Positions 49,849 through 63,980 are shown, counted from the first letter of the stretch. The stretch: DNA of 64,000 nt from Nemertoderma westbladi (GCA_032718475.1 JAUCBJ010007173.1:171916-235915), one strand, 5' to 3'. Notes: generated from the letters alone by a model not told the origin. Numbers and translations: made by a program.

Positions 49849-51463
49849 ACACGTTCGTGGGGCCTTCGCGCAGTACGAGGCCCAGTTATGAGATACAAAT
49901 TAAAATTGTGCGACTGTATCACAAATTCAGGTTATGAGAGATTAACCCACACCACCAATTAATCAAAGAAAGGAGGACAGTACGTGTTCACCCCTTTTAA
50001 TCTGCACCCCCCCCCCCCCCCCCCCTCCCCCCACCCACCAATACATAACCGCGACATCTACCACCCACGGAAGGGTAGCACGAACTTATTTCCAAACGCA
50101 CGTTCAATATGCAAAGCCAGGTGGTTTATAGGAATATAATCAATGCAGTACTCGTCTTCATTATAAGCCTGTTTGCGTTCGACCTGTTTTGTATTAAAAT
50201 ATATTTATTAAACGCAGGCTGACGCTCTTTATAATAATAATACCTAAGGATGCCAGCTTCCAGACTTTCAATCTTTACTGCCGCGCAAACCCCACAGAGG
50301 AAGTTTTGGTTTGAGAGATCAAGCCCATCGGCAATTGGTGTTTCAATTTCGGTCCAGGAACTCTGACAATGGGAGCATTCAATCTTAGCTGTGGTCCATT
50401 CCCGTGGTTTCGGCTTCCTTTTCTTCGTCCCAATGACAGATTCTTCTGAAGACATTCGATTCGCTTTCAGTTTATTGTTGGCGTTTGTGTTTTGAAGTTG
50501 TATTCGAGTGGACAGTCGCGCCGGTTTCGAGGTAACCATACCGACCTGTGATAAGCGTTGGTTTTGTTGAGTGCCGGTATTCATCCGATGTTGCAAATAC
50601 TGATAACACGAATAACGGTATATATTTCAACACTTGTCAATAGTAATATATATAATTTAGATAACTATTTTATATCTGTACTGTTGAGCAAACTCTACAT
50701 AAATTCCAACCTGTGTATCGCCGGTAGTGCTGTTGCTGTGCAAGTGCTGAAGTGCTGGTTGCCACCAGTCAGCCGGTACCGGTAGTAGGGTGGTACCTAC
50801 GGTGCGCACTACAACGGCAGTACAGCAATACGGTGTACCGTGCCAATCACCAATGACTGAATGATTAGCGGTAACTATCTAAACTATTATATTATTATTA
50901 CCGGTGCCGGTACTGGGCTAATTAGGCCTAAACTACAGTATAATCACCGCAAGGGTTGCCGGGGCCATGTTTAATTAGATTACATGATATGGCATGTCTG
51001 CAGTGTATGGTACCGGTACCGGCTGACCAGTATTGCAGTATTGACTGATTGCAGGATTCTCGATTCAGGGATTGAGTACAGCCTGACAGTACCGGTACAC
51101 ATGGTACATGCAGATTGCAGGATTGGCAGACAGCCCCAATGTATTGCAAAATTTGTCAGAAACCCAGCTGATTTATCCTACAGTAATAATAATTTAACGC
51201 ATTTTAGATTTGGATAAATAAATTTATTATAACTGCAATAACAGTTACACTGATGCTGCACGAAGGCCCCACGCAAATTCTACTTGGAAAATTTTCAAAC
51301 TTTTGCCAAACAACATCTGTACCAAGTTTGGATAGATTTCATCAAGGATTGGGAGAGTTATTAACGTTTAAAATAAAATACTGAAAAAAAACGCGACAGA
51401 ACGACAGGTTGATTAATGGTACCCCTAAGCTAAGGCTCACTCACTTCGTGGCTCGCCCCACAT
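49849..51463 (-). mobile_element. Helentron/DINE-1-like (HINE) non-autonomous element, copy A
   Basis: Both ends are inverted matches to the ends of 52095-54527; GTGGGGC/GCCCCAC subterminal repeats. Classification is from architecture only. Confidence 0.65.
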
Positions 51464-52094
51464 AGGCACGGCAGGCACTACTAGTGTTTAGTGACTAATA
51501 AGCCAGCTTGCTTATTATTTATCTCGCAAAATGATTGCCTGGAATATTTAATCATATTATTATTTAGAATCATTAGCTAAATAATTTGTTTGAGGTGAGA
51601 GGTTTGACATGATATATTAATATTACAGTATCAATACTATCAGCATGATGTAAGTTTTAATAATTTTTAGAAATTGGGTTGCCTCCACACCTGAATATAT
51701 ATTACTTTTAAAACACAAATTTCCTGTTAATACCTCTGCCTTTCATTAATCCTCTGTACTCTTTTGGGTTGGGGTGGTGCAGATCATCTATCTATAATCA
51801 GCCTGCTGCATTACAGCTGCACATTGAAATGCTATTTATGCTTTTATTTCACTTCCAGCTTGACGCCCCAGTGGCATATTATATTCAATGAGTAAAATCA
51901 GTCTTAAAATTAAGACAGAAAAATAGCATAAAACGAACCAACTCCTCGTAATGATATAATAATAATTTATATATATAATAATATAATATAATAATATAAT
52001 AATTGACCATTGTAAAGAAATAATAAATATATTTGTTGCCTATGTAAAATAATCACGACTCTCGGAAAAGCCCAAAATTGGCAAAATAAAATGT

Positions 52095-54527
52095 ATGTGG
52101 GGCGAGCCACGAAGTGAGTGAGCCTTAGCGTAGTGGTACCATTAATCAACCTGTCGTTCTGTCGTTCTGTCGTTCTTGTTCAATTTTAAACGTTAATAAC
52201 TCGGCCAATCTTCGATGAAATCTATCCAAACTTGGTACACATGTTGTTTGGCAAAAGTTTAGAAATTTTCCAAGTTGAATTTCCGTGTGGCCTTCGAGAA
52301 GCTAAGATAATAGCAGTTAATTAGTTAATTAAGTCGTTCTGTCGCTTTTTTTGCAATGTTCAATTTTGAACGTTAATAACTCTATCAATCCTCGATGAAA
52401 TGTAACCAAACTTGGTACACAAATAGTCTGTCAAAAGTTTAGAAATTTTCCAAGTTGAATTTGCGTGGGGCCTTCGTGCAGCACCAGTGTAACTGTCTTA
52501 CAGTTATAATAAATTTATTTATTCAAAATTATAACGCTTGACATCAGCAGGTTGCTAGGAGACTAAATCAGCTGGGTTTCTGGCAAATTACGAAATTACA
52601 GTAATGCCATTGTGGCCTGTCTGCCTGTCTGCCTGTACCGGTACTATACTCAATGTCAATCCCTGAATCAGGAATCCTGTAATCAGACAATACAGCAATA
52701 CTGCAATACCATACAGACATACTGTATTCGGTGTTTTACGGTACTGGCTGACTGGTACCGCGGTACCGGTTCAGTCATTATAGATCACGTATACTTGTAC
52801 TACAGGACAGGCCTAATTCTGTAGGCCCTTAATTAGCCATGCAGTGCGGACTCCGGACTGTTGGACTGCAGTCCTGAATTAGATTAGAGGGTCCGTTGGC
52901 GCCGTCCGCCGTACCGCCCTACTACCTGACTACTGTCAGACTGTAGAAGTATAACCGGACTGGTAGCAACTGCTGAACTGCCAACTACAGAACTACCGGT
53001 ACGGTACTGAACTACGACAGCACTAGCCTATACCGCATTTCTACGCTCCTGTCAGCGACAAAAGAAAATGAATTTCTTCGTTTACGGTTTCTGCTCTTGT
53101 TAACGGTTAAATATGTTAATTAAAGACTATGTATTGGTACGACCGACGGCGCCGGCAACTGGTATAATCAGATGTAGATGTACATACAGACATATCAATC
53201 TGCCAATACAACAATAGCAATAGGCTTACCCCTACCCCCCAACCATCCATCGACTCGGCAACTGCAACAATGGAAGTTATGCGGACTAACCAGCTGACCG
53301 GCATTCTAAGTTCAGGTACCCACTACCAGAGTCTACCCAGCTGCCCAGAAAAGTGTTGGAATTGAAATCAAACAACTCACCACCAAGGCCGCCTCTGTCT
53401 GTTGACCTCGACTTTCGGTATCGCTGCCGCTACGGGCAAACTGGACTAACCGTAACCGAGGATGAAATCCGGTTTTTTAATCTCACTCTGCCATCAACCA
53501 GTGCCCGGCGGTGTTGAAATTGACACGCATTGTGCAAGCAGTAGGCCTATTGCTCCGAGTTTCCGGCTGGTCGGGTGCAACTACTGCATCTACATTGCCA
53601 CACTATAACTCGGTCTCATGAGGACGAGTGCTGCGTAGACTATATTCCTATAAACCAAAACCATACCTGGCTTCGCCTATTGAACGCATTATAAAGATCG
53701 TCAGTCTTCGTTTAAGAAATATATTTAAATACAAAACAGGACGAGCACAACGAGGCTTATAATGAAGACGAGTACTGCGTTGACTATCTTATTATATAAA
53801 CCACCTGGCTTCACATATTGAACGCATCCCTTGTTATTATTATTATAAAGATCGTCAGCCTGCGTTTAAGAAATATATTTAAATACAAAACAGGACGAGC
53901 ACAACGAGGCTTATAATGAAGACGAGTACTGCGTTGACTATTATTATTATATAAACCACCTGGCTTCACATATTGAACGCATCCCTAGTTATTATTATTA
54001 TAAAGATCGTCAGCCTGCGTTTAAGAAATATATTTAAATACAAAACAGGACGAGCACAACGAGACTTATAATGAAGACGAGTACTGCGTTGACTATTATT
54101 ATTATATAAACCTCCTGGCTTCACATATTGAACGCATCCCTAGTTATTATTATTATAAAGATCGTCAGCCTGCGTTTAAGAAATATATTTAAATACAAAA
54201 CAGGACGAACGCAACGAGGCTTATAATGAAGACGAGTACTGCGTTTATTATATTCCTATAAACCACCTGGCTTTGCATATTGAACGTGCGATTGGAAATA
54301 AGTTCGTGCTACCCTTCCGTGGGTGGTAGATGTCGCGGTTATGTATTGGTGGGTGGGGGGGGGGGGGGGGGGGGATTAAAAGGGGTGAACACGTACTGTC
54401 CCCCTTTCTTTATTTGATTGGTGGTGTGGGTAAATTTCTCAAATACTGATTTTGTGATACAGTCGCTCAATTTTAATTTGTATCTCATAACTGGGCCTCG
54501 TGCTGCGCGAAGGCCCCACGAACGTGT
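52095..54527 (+). mobile_element. Helentron/DINE-1-like (HINE) element, copy B, with internal ~155-bp tandem repeats
   Basis: 5' ATGTGGGGCGAGCC, CTGTCGTT short repeats, duplicated AAACTTGGTACAC core, 3' GCGAAGGCCCCACGAACGTGT. Confidence 0.65.
53615..54290. repeat. ~155-bp tandem repeat, ~4.3 copies, inside HINE copy B
   Basis: AATGAAGACGAGTACTGCG at 53761, 53915, 54070 and 54225; about one unit in copy A. Confidence 0.9.
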
Positions 54528-55679
54528 ATTGTCGATACACATTGAAGATGTATTGTCAGGATCCATCCATCTGCCATAAACATAAAGAACCCCCATGACT
54601 ATATCATAGGTATTGCTGTATTTTGTCAGAAACACTCAGCTGATTTATCCTAGTCTCCTATGTATATTTAGGTTTTACTCCGCCACACTGTCGGCACAAC
54701 GTAACGCCGACACTGTGGGCACAACATTAGCCTGTCAACGTCATTTTGCCTGTAAATTTGTTTATAGGCGTATTCTATAAATATATTTTGCGAATTCGCA
54801 CCCTCCGTATCGTGGCCATTATCCGCATTAGTCGTAATTTTTTAATATCATTAGAAAGTTTGTGTTGCAAGGATTCGAAATGTGTAACAATATGTGAACT
54901 TCTTGAGAAACAGCACTGTAGATCAATCACTTAGAAACGCTGACCTGACCATTCTTTACTTCTGCTGGGTCACAAATGTTGAATAGTCTATATCTATAAT
55001 ATTCTCCTGTGCCACCATATTAAGCAAAATCCCCCATTCCCATTAGTGGATCAGCTTCCCAGCCTGAATCCAGTGACACCCGAGCCGTGAATGTTATGTC
55101 TTACGCCACTGAAGAAAAGAGTGTGATTGATTTTTCACGTCTCCATTGGCAACCATACAGAAAATACGCTCCCCCAAGATTCTGATTTAGGAATGCAATA
55201 ATTACTACATAATTATTCCATTTCCCCTTTCTCACCGCAATATTCAATCGCCATCTACAACCAATATCACGGCCTACAGTATTTCCATCCAGGCACCTGT
55301 CCACCCCTTCATTCACCTACCAACTATAACATTGCTAGCTTCCCTGTAAGCTATTGTCATTCAATAAGGGAGTGCCGTATACAAACAACCCTTCCTTCTC
55401 ATTGGAACCTACCACGCTATGCAAATATCCCTTCTTCCTTAATGCATTAATCCCACCCATTCATTAACAAGGGAATATTTTTACCAAATAAAACTCTGAA
55501 TTTTCATTGGTAGTAACCGATTATTGGTCAGTGTAAAACAAACCAATATTAATCATCTTTTACATGTGTTCAATGTAAATCACTACATGAGAAAGACAGA
55601 TTAAGATTAGGTGATAATTATGGGTCAACTTCACATTGACCCTGGGTACCGGCTTTAAAAAGGGCCACATTTGGATGGA

Positions 55680-56165
55680 TAAGTCTGTCAGTAACCACAG
55701 GCCTTAGTAGATGGCAGCCTCGGCATCTAATCTAGGCTCTGCTTCTTGGTATTGGAACTATTTTGCTCCATTACCTCTTTACCTCGCCTTGTGACGCTGT
55801 GGTGTTTGAACGCGTAGATAAGGCCACCACTGTAGAACTGAGCTTTGGGCGACCAGCCCCGGAGCGCTAGCGCACTCTGCCCGCTGGCTACTCCGTTCGT
55901 CCTAGTATCAACTGGGTTTAGTCGTGAGGACAAGGTAGCAGCAATCGTCCCGGGTTTTGACTCTTTCAGATTACGGTAGAGCTTCTGCACTTTGCCCGTA
56001 GACTTAGTAGTGCGACCTCAGTTAATCCTCTAAGTTGTAGGACAAAGAAGCGCGTAACCGTCTCTATCCAATCAGTCCCAACCCTGTTTGGACTGAGACG
56101 GTATTTTAGCAATAAGATACGACTAAAAGATAAAGCACCCCTCACCCGGTTTATCTTTTTCCTCT
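55680..56165 (-). other. GC-rich, hairpin-dense island; possibly the 5' UTR and ORF start of a LINE
   Basis: Several local inverted repeats (AAAAGATAAA/TTTATCTTTT, ACCGTCTC/GAGACGGT, CAGTCC/GGACTG) in an AT-rich background. Confidence 0.35.
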
Positions 56166-56689
56166 TCCCAGAGGTTTTTCAATGGTATTACGTAAGTACA
56201 CTTTTTTATACCAGAAGGTAGCAATATCTATATCTGTATCTGGTCGAGTCTATATCGAGTCTATGTCGAGTCTATATCTGGTAGCTATATCTGGAAAGAA
56301 CAGACATCACTGTGTTTTAGTTTTATTAATTATCTTGAAAGGGTTTAGGAAGTCCGCAAATAATAATTATTTCGAGTTGTTTCAGTCTTGATACCGAGAA
56401 ACCAAAACAGTAAGGAAAGAAAAGAAAAAGAACACTTTTTGGAACCTTTAGAGATACACAGCCGTTTTAGGAGCTTATCGTACCAGAGGCACGAGAAATC
56501 CATTACAGTAATAAACTTGCACTGCGTCTACACGCCGCGTGAAAGACTAAAAGTTTATTACCATTACAGTAATAAACTTGATTGCACTTCCCGCCAGAAG
56601 TGCTTTTCTTTTAATTTCGTAATTTAGTTTCATAAATAATTGCCTGAAATTACTGGGACCGACTGACAGACTGTCTGATTTTTTACAAT

Positions 56690-56855
56690 CTCAGATTCTT
56701 TCTAAACTTTTGACGGAATACAAACGTACCAAGTTTGGTTTTAATTTCATCAAGGAATGACCGAGTTATTAGCGATCAAAAATTAGACGACGACAGACAA
56801 CTCGATAATGGTACCCCTATGCTTACGCTTCACTCACTTCGTGGCTCGCCCCACA
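56690..56855 (-). mobile_element. HINE 5'-end fragment
   Basis: CACTCACTTCGTGGCTCGCCCCAC and GTACCAAGTTTGG, as in the other copies. Confidence 0.7.
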
Positions 56856-56989
56856 AAATCGATTCACACTCAAAAGTTATTGAAACTTTAGTGTCCCCAA
56901 GGCGAACTCTAAAACTGAACTCGTTACATTTTTCCCCCATTGTTATTTATTGATTAGTAATTATTATTATTATATTTGCCTTTATTCAG

Positions 56990-57168
56990 GTCATTATGGA
57001 ATGGTGCGTATCCTATTGGCTGCAGGTGCTGACTCATACAAACTCATGGACCAATCGTCGCCCGTTGATTTGGCACGAGCCAATGGTCACGAACAAGTCG
57101 TAGAGGCCCTGCTGTGCGCCTGCGACGCAATTTATTCAGCAGACACAGATTCCAGTGACGACGGGTAG
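56990..57168 (+). CDS. Terminal exon of an ankyrin-repeat protein
   Basis: Acceptor TTTATTCAG at 56989; GHYGMVRILLAAGAD...SPVDLARANGHEQVVEALL matches the ankyrin consensus; TAG stop. Confidence 0.85.
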
Positions 57169-58704
57169 ATGGCGTATAGTTATTCGATTCCAGCTGAGGA
57201 GTTTATTAGATGTCGCATTGTTGTTACTGACTTTATTTAAATATCCTATTCGCCGTGTTTTTTATATTTTATATAATTATGTGTTAACTCGCTCTCTCCA
57301 AAATGTAATGTTATGTTAAGAAATTCCACCAAAAAGGTTGCGATTCCGCAACCTGCCGTAACTTGAAGTCTACTTAGTACACAACAGGTGGTATTTCCAA
57401 GTCAACCATTCGTTGGGATACTGAAACACACAGATACACTAACCCTGCAAAGAAGCCAAACATATCAGATGGGGGGGGGGGGGGGGGGGGTGTTAGAATC
57501 TCTTCACTCAATCAAAATCATCACTCAAGGGGAAATTGAAGCTAATTTCGAGCAAAAATTAAACTGTAACCTATTCTATTATTGCCTTTCGTTTATTGTT
57601 TTGGTTAGAATAACATGCCACTGTAACCTGCTCCTTTCCATTCACACTGATGCTTAACATTTATTCGCAGATTTGTGTCAAATTTTCACCCGCAAAATGG
57701 CGCATTAAGTTTTTGTAAAAAGTTTTTAAGTAATTTTTCTAATACAATTAGCGGTCCAAGTTGACCTCCATCGCCAATTGGTCGCATTCGCCATTCTAGT
57801 TCAATTTAAGGGGGGAGTACTACCCCCCCCCCCCCCCCGAACACTTTTTTTTAAATGTCTACAATTTCAATTAAAATATTTTGATTTTAAACAGTATGGG
57901 CTGTCAAAATATGGCTAAACATTTGTTTTATCGAAAAATTTTCAAATTTCCAGACGCCATCTACCGGCCATTGAATGAAACAAGATTTGCGGTTAAAACG
58001 CTAACTAGTCATTCAATTTTAGGTCAAATAGTCTGAAACCAATTTTTTTCGATTTACGGAGGTGAGCTCCACAAATCTTATCAGTTAAAATTTTTGTTTA
58101 GATTTCTTATGAAAATTAATTAATATTTTTTATTATTTATTAATCCAACTAATAATTAATACCTAAAAATAAAAGTCTAAAAAATTAAAAGTCAAGCTAG
58201 CTCGGTCGACGAGTAGCCTCAGTAGCCTTGGTCGACTAGTTCCTCGTACAGTACTTCGCGATCTTCGTGTTCTCCGCCTCCTCGACAACACGGCGGCCGG
58301 CCGCTGGTGACGCCGTCGACTCGCTTCCCTCGTTTCTGCACAACCCCGGTGGCTCCAGTAAGGCTGGAACCCCACAGGTTGCCATGGCTCGCCGCACTAT
58401 GTCGTTCAACATAGAGTGACGTGCAATTAATTATTAATATTAATATTATGTTTATTAATATTTGCCAAAATTTTAACAAATTTCTGGCTTTAATCTGAAA
58501 AATTGGCTGTAAAAACAGAAATATAAAAATTCCAACCGATAACTTTTAAAGAACTGCCGAAATCCTTCCAAATGAGCCTAAAATAAAGAAAACTGTTTAA
58601 TAAATGGCGGATGAGTAATTTGAAAAGTGAAAAATGTCATACCAAGATTCTTGCCTTCAAATTTTAAACTCTAACACCAGAACTGGCTGTCTGTTTTAAT
58701 GGTG

Positions 58705-59000
58705 GGTTAATTTTTTCTGGCACGAAGGAAGCACACCACCGAGCTAAAACTTTCATTATGGGGGTTTTCGGAGTCGCTGATTTCATTTCCGATGTCAGTT
58801 TTAAGGTATGGTGTGATCTAGTCTGTCTGTCGGTTGTCTGTCTGTCATACAATTTGACTGACAAACCATCACGCAGAACACCAGCGATAACTTGAGAACT
58901 AAAAGAGTTTTCGATAAGCGGTTTTTAGATTGGAAATCCTCATTAAATTCTGCTATATATTAAATCAAAAACAGATACTTGAAATTTTGACACGGGGGGG
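58705..59000 (+). mobile_element. Second DINE/HINE-like repeat family fragment
   Basis: T-run start, (GTCT)n microsatellite at ~58820, and ATCCTCATTAAATTCTGCT shared with ~36852. Confidence 0.45.
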
Positions 59001-60879
59001 GGGGGTATACTGTGCCATATCTACGGAGAGGGCACCATATATAAATATAATAAAATACCTACAGTAAAAATACAGTATAAATTAAATTAACATTAAAATA
59101 ATAAAATATCCCTTAAACGCCAAAAAAATATATGTGGTGCAAAATAATTTTATTTTGGTGTTAAATCATCTACTGTAATTTGGGGTGCAGGCATTCAATT
59201 AGTGGCGATACTAAAATATTATTTGACATATTTACACGATTGAATAAGCTTTAAAGTGATCTCTTAAAATTATCATTAAAGGAACAGCAACAGCTACGCA
59301 ACATATGTCTAGCACTGTTGATTTCCTCTGTCTCGCTGTTTTACAAACGAATATTAAATATGAGTCTAACTGATTTGTTTATTGCCACACGAATCTTATT
59401 AATATTCAACCTGTGCCGCCAAAAACTACAGTGAAAGCGGTTCGGGCGCTGTATCCCCACCGACACTGCGTAACAAACTCAGATAAATTCAATGAGATAA
59501 TTAAAGGGCATCCACCCACTACCTGGGTATTGATTCATATTGAAGTAGTTTTGTTTCGTTATTGATTTTAATTGAATATTAATACTTGTTTTATTACTCA
59601 AATAGGGCACGTTTTATATAAAATAATTATGTAAAATAGTTAAATAGGTGATGTAATATCGTTATTTGTATTTACCGCATGGAAATGTCATGGGCGTATG
59701 GGGCGTCATAAACGTATTGATTAAAAAATCGCTGAGCACTGAATTTATTAATTTTAATTTAGTACAAGAGGGACTTTATTCAACATTACCTAGGTTTATC
59801 TATTATCGTCCACTGGACTACAGTATGAGATGCTATTAAGTCGTGTCAAAGCGAAATTTATGTCTGTCTATCTGAAAACCCTGGGTAACTGAATGTAATG
59901 ACATAATTTATTATTCACCGGAAAGGAAAATACAGTAGTAGGTGGGCGGGTGCGGATGTATAGTATAATTCAATTGCAAGTGTAATTATATTTATTCTAC
60001 TTAACGTCTGATTGCTGTAAATCCACGTATTTTTTCTAACGGCTAACTGGAGATACACGTTCGATCGTGCAAAATCACCAACAATGGCGACCCAGTTGGC
60101 ACCAATCGGGTAACAATAATAAATTATCGTGAAAGGGGAATTGTGACTAACATCGCAACTCATTAAAAAGTCATGAAAATCATATACGCCGAAGATTTAA
60201 GGAGTTTGCGAAGTATTATTGCACTCCCTTTTGAATCCGTAAGCGACAAAAAGCGTTGAATCCCACAATTATTAGGAAGTTAATGGAGGTTTCGGCTGCC
60301 GGCAGTTTGTTATTTTGAATTCTCCATTACATTTAAATCGAATTTAAGATCGTCAATTTAGAAAACAACGCCATTCTTTCGACGTAATAAAATCTGAATT
60401 GTTAACCCAACGCCACCGCAAATAGATTTTTATTCCTCATCACTATCTAATGTTCTGCTGCAACCCAAATATGTTGCAATTCCAAATATATTCTTAGTAA
60501 TTATTCGTTCCGGTGGTCAGATATATTATTATTATATCCAGTTAGATGATATCAGACGCAAAATTAATTAGCTACCGTGTTTACTGTCAGTGGGAAAGTC
60601 AAGGTTACCATTTAGCATAGATGTATCAACAAATATTAGAAATTAATAGAATCTGGGGATTTGCGATTAATGTCACGTATTAATGTCAATCTAAGAATGG
60701 ATTTAAATATTCTGTAAAGCAATCAAATCTATGTTATTAACCATTGCGTAGGTAGGCCCACATGCCATGCCGCCAGTTCCTGATATCTGCCTAATTTTCT
60801 AAAAAAAAAGTGCACCTGTAAAGTTGGACAGCAATTGAGACAGCGATTTTGTTGGAGTGAAACTGTTTTTAGAAGTACT

Positions 60880-63800
60880 AAAGTGCTAACAAACAGCAGT
60901 CCTGCAATGGTAAAGTGCTAACTGTTTTAAAGTGCTAACCTAAAGTGCTAACACTGCCTGAAAAAAATTTGTTAAGACAAGTTGACTACAATTCCAGGTT
61001 CCGATTGGCTCATTTCGAAGTGTTAGCAGTTTGACCACTTTGCAAGCACAAATTAAAAACGTCAAATAGCAACAAATTTTAACAACTGCCCCCTAGCGAC
61101 CAGATTCAGAATTATTGAAAAAGGTAAAGTGCTAACTGTTAGCACTATAGAGTTTCTCCATAAGACATATTCGAAATGTTAGCTTTTTAAGGCTAATTTT
61201 GTTGTATAATTATTGATTGCATAGCAAGCCAGACCAGATGTTAGCGTTTTATAACTAAAATTGAAATAAATTGATTATTAATCAAGCCGAGATCACAAGA
61301 GGAGATTATGAGTTTCTGAAATGAATAATACCGGCCAACAGAAAGCATAAAGTGCTAACATTAGGCCTATTCAATTCATATATTAAACGTCTATGTCTTT
61401 GCAACTAATTCATGGATTTCTTAAAAGCATTCAATAATATGGCACATAATCACAACCATTAATTAATTTATTCTCATAATTATATATTATTCTAAATCCT
61501 TAATCCTTGCAATAAGTTTCCTTTTCCAGAAAATAGAGAGGTCATTCTGTATGTCAAATTTCGGGCAATCTCAAATTTTATTTTTTACATATACTGCTAT
61601 AACGTAAATTGCTACAAGTTTTTTTTTTGCTGCTATTCTTGGTCTTTTCGAGGTCAAAACTTTAAACCTCTCTAAATACATACATAAAACCAATAAGCCA
61701 TGTCCCGGAATGCAGTGTATTTAATTCAATGACAGGGTATCGCCTGATAACTTTAAAGAAGTAAAAGTGTTCTGAGTATGTACTCCCAGATATTCCCATT
61801 GGCGATATCTCCTTTGCAGAAGTGAAGGCTGCTGCAAAGAGCTTTAAGACCAATCGTGCCAGTAGTGGAGTAGATGGTGTTCCCCCTGAGGTCTTTAAAA
61901 TACCTGAGTGTTTAAAGCTTATCTAGATCCCATTGATCCCTCTGGATCCCATTGAGAGACTGCTCCTTGGAAATCAGAATGGGTTCCTTAAAGGTCGTGA
62001 GACCATGGAGCCCATTTTGGTACTTCGAAGGATAATTGAAGAGATTGATCAAAAAAGAAAGACAGGCATCTGGCTGTTATCTTTGTTGACTTATTCAAGG
62101 CCTTTTATTCAGTCTCTCGCTCACGTATGTTCAGCATACTTTCATTATATGGGATTCCTGATGAAATTATTGCAGCAATCAGATCAGTATACGATGGTTC
62201 GACAACATTTGTGTCTACTGTTGACGGTGACACAGAACCATTTGAAGTGTTATGGGGCGTCCTCCAAGGAGACACACTTGCACCATTCTTATTCATTATT
62301 GTGGTTGACTATGTTCTACGCATGTCCTTAGATCATCATAATGATGATGGGGTGATGATAACTCCACCTACTGGCTCCAGAAGTCGAGGAAATCCTGCCA
62401 AGTACCTAACTGATCTAGACTTTGCTGATGACTTAGGAGTACTCTCAGAATCATTAGAGGGAGCCCAAGGGCTCCTCAGCTCATTAGAACATGCTGCTTC
62501 TAGTGTTGGTCTTTTTATTAACTCCAAAAATGACCAAAATTTTGACAGTTAACTATGAAAGTCATCAGGAAGTCTCTGACCGGATGAGCATAAGCTCAAA
62601 GGATGGTATGCTTGAGCATGTGGACGACTTCTGTCACCAGGGTTCATGGTTCCGGAGGTCAGGCGAGACCTTCGAATACGCAAGGGAAAGGCATGGGCAG
62701 CCTTGAATAGGCTTTCCATGATTTGGAAGTCACATAGAATTAATGGGAATCTTAAGGTACGATTATTTAGAGCAGCAGTAGTTCCAGTACTCCTCTATGG
62801 GAGTCCATGCTGGGCTCTAACTGCTGAGGACACCTAATCTTTGGATGGCACATTCACAAGAATGCTACGCCGGGTTCACTGTGTCAAGTACAATCCACAC
62901 ATCTCCAACCAGACACAATATAACATTGGAGGTGTCTCATTGGTTCCCCCAGGCTTGACACTAGAACGCCTCCGAAAACGCCTTCGAAACCCGCCTCCGC
63001 TTTGCAAGACATTGCTTTCGCCGTGTGGACCAGTCAGTGCATAATCTTGTTCTTTGGTAGCATCATGCAGTGAATAAGCATGGTGGACAGCCCATGACTT
63101 TCTTGAGACGCATCTTAAAGGACACTGGCCTTGAAGATTCGGATGATCTAGCAAATGTCATGGGTGATAGGGAGTTGTGGTGGCTCAATTTTGTCGTCAA
63201 GCCGGCACAGCATTCTATTTATTGCGTTTATTGTGTTTATTGCTTTTTAATCAGCCATAGATCACAATATAGATGACAATGTGTTTCAGAAATAAATAAT
63301 TCCAGTCAGCAGAAATCATATAGTGGTAACATACTGTACATCCATAAATACAAGCATTCATTGTCTTATATGCGCATTAAGGTTCTGACCCCCCCTTTGG
63401 TATCCTGATAAATCAGCGATTGGAAATGCAGAAATGTATGTTCTATTGTTTAAAAAGGAGAACATTTTTTTAGGATTCTCTATTTTATTTTGAAAATGAA
63501 AAATATAGAACGTCATAAAATATTTTAATTTAACATATTTTATATGTTTGAGAACATTTTCACAAATGAAATTAGCAAAAACTTGGTAGTATAAAATTTG
63601 GTGTGTACACCTCCCCACCCCCCAATGATTACATAATTAATATTATAATATATTCAATTTCCTTTCACATCCCAAAGAACGAATAATGAGTTAGCATTTT
63701 ATGAGGTGTGGTGTCTTGAAATATTCAACACAAAAACACCTAATCATTATCTTCCAAGATATACAGATACCATCACTTCAAACTCCTAACTTTGCTAATA

Positions 63801-63980
63801 TTACTATTGTTATTGGTGTTTTTAGTAAGTTAGCACTTTAGAACACTTGAGCCCTCTTGCGGGTGGTGCAGAATTGGTGTTGCTAAATGTTGCTAAAGTC
63901 TGTTACTGAGTTAGCACATTGGTACTTTCAGAAATCACTGGTATGGTGTCACTTTACCAAGGAAATCCCGCGTTAGCACT
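60880..63980. repeat. Clusters of an AAAGTGCTAAC motif, mostly forward at 60880-61360 and inverted at 63829-63981, flanking the RTE
   Basis: Copies near 60880, 60912, 60929, 60942, 61126 and 61349; GTTAGCAC near 63829, 63910 and 63972. Confidence 0.55.
61700..63245 (+). mobile_element. Decayed, 5'-truncated RTE-type LINE (RT and C-terminus)
   Basis: NQNGFLKGR, GVLQGDTLAPFLFIIVVDYVLR, LTDLDFADD, LKVRLFRAAVVPVLLYGS..W; short TTTATTGYG tandem tail at ~63218-63243. Confidence 0.9.

Noticed and set aside
53615-54290. Hammerhead ribozyme or Penelope-type repeats (CTGACGA on the minus strand)
   Set aside because: No correctly placed stem II plus GAAA core was found.
57806-59116. TTAA-flanked Kolobok-like DNA transposon
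   Set aside because: TTAAGGG and CCCTTAA ends exist, but the inverted repeat does not extend beyond a few bases.
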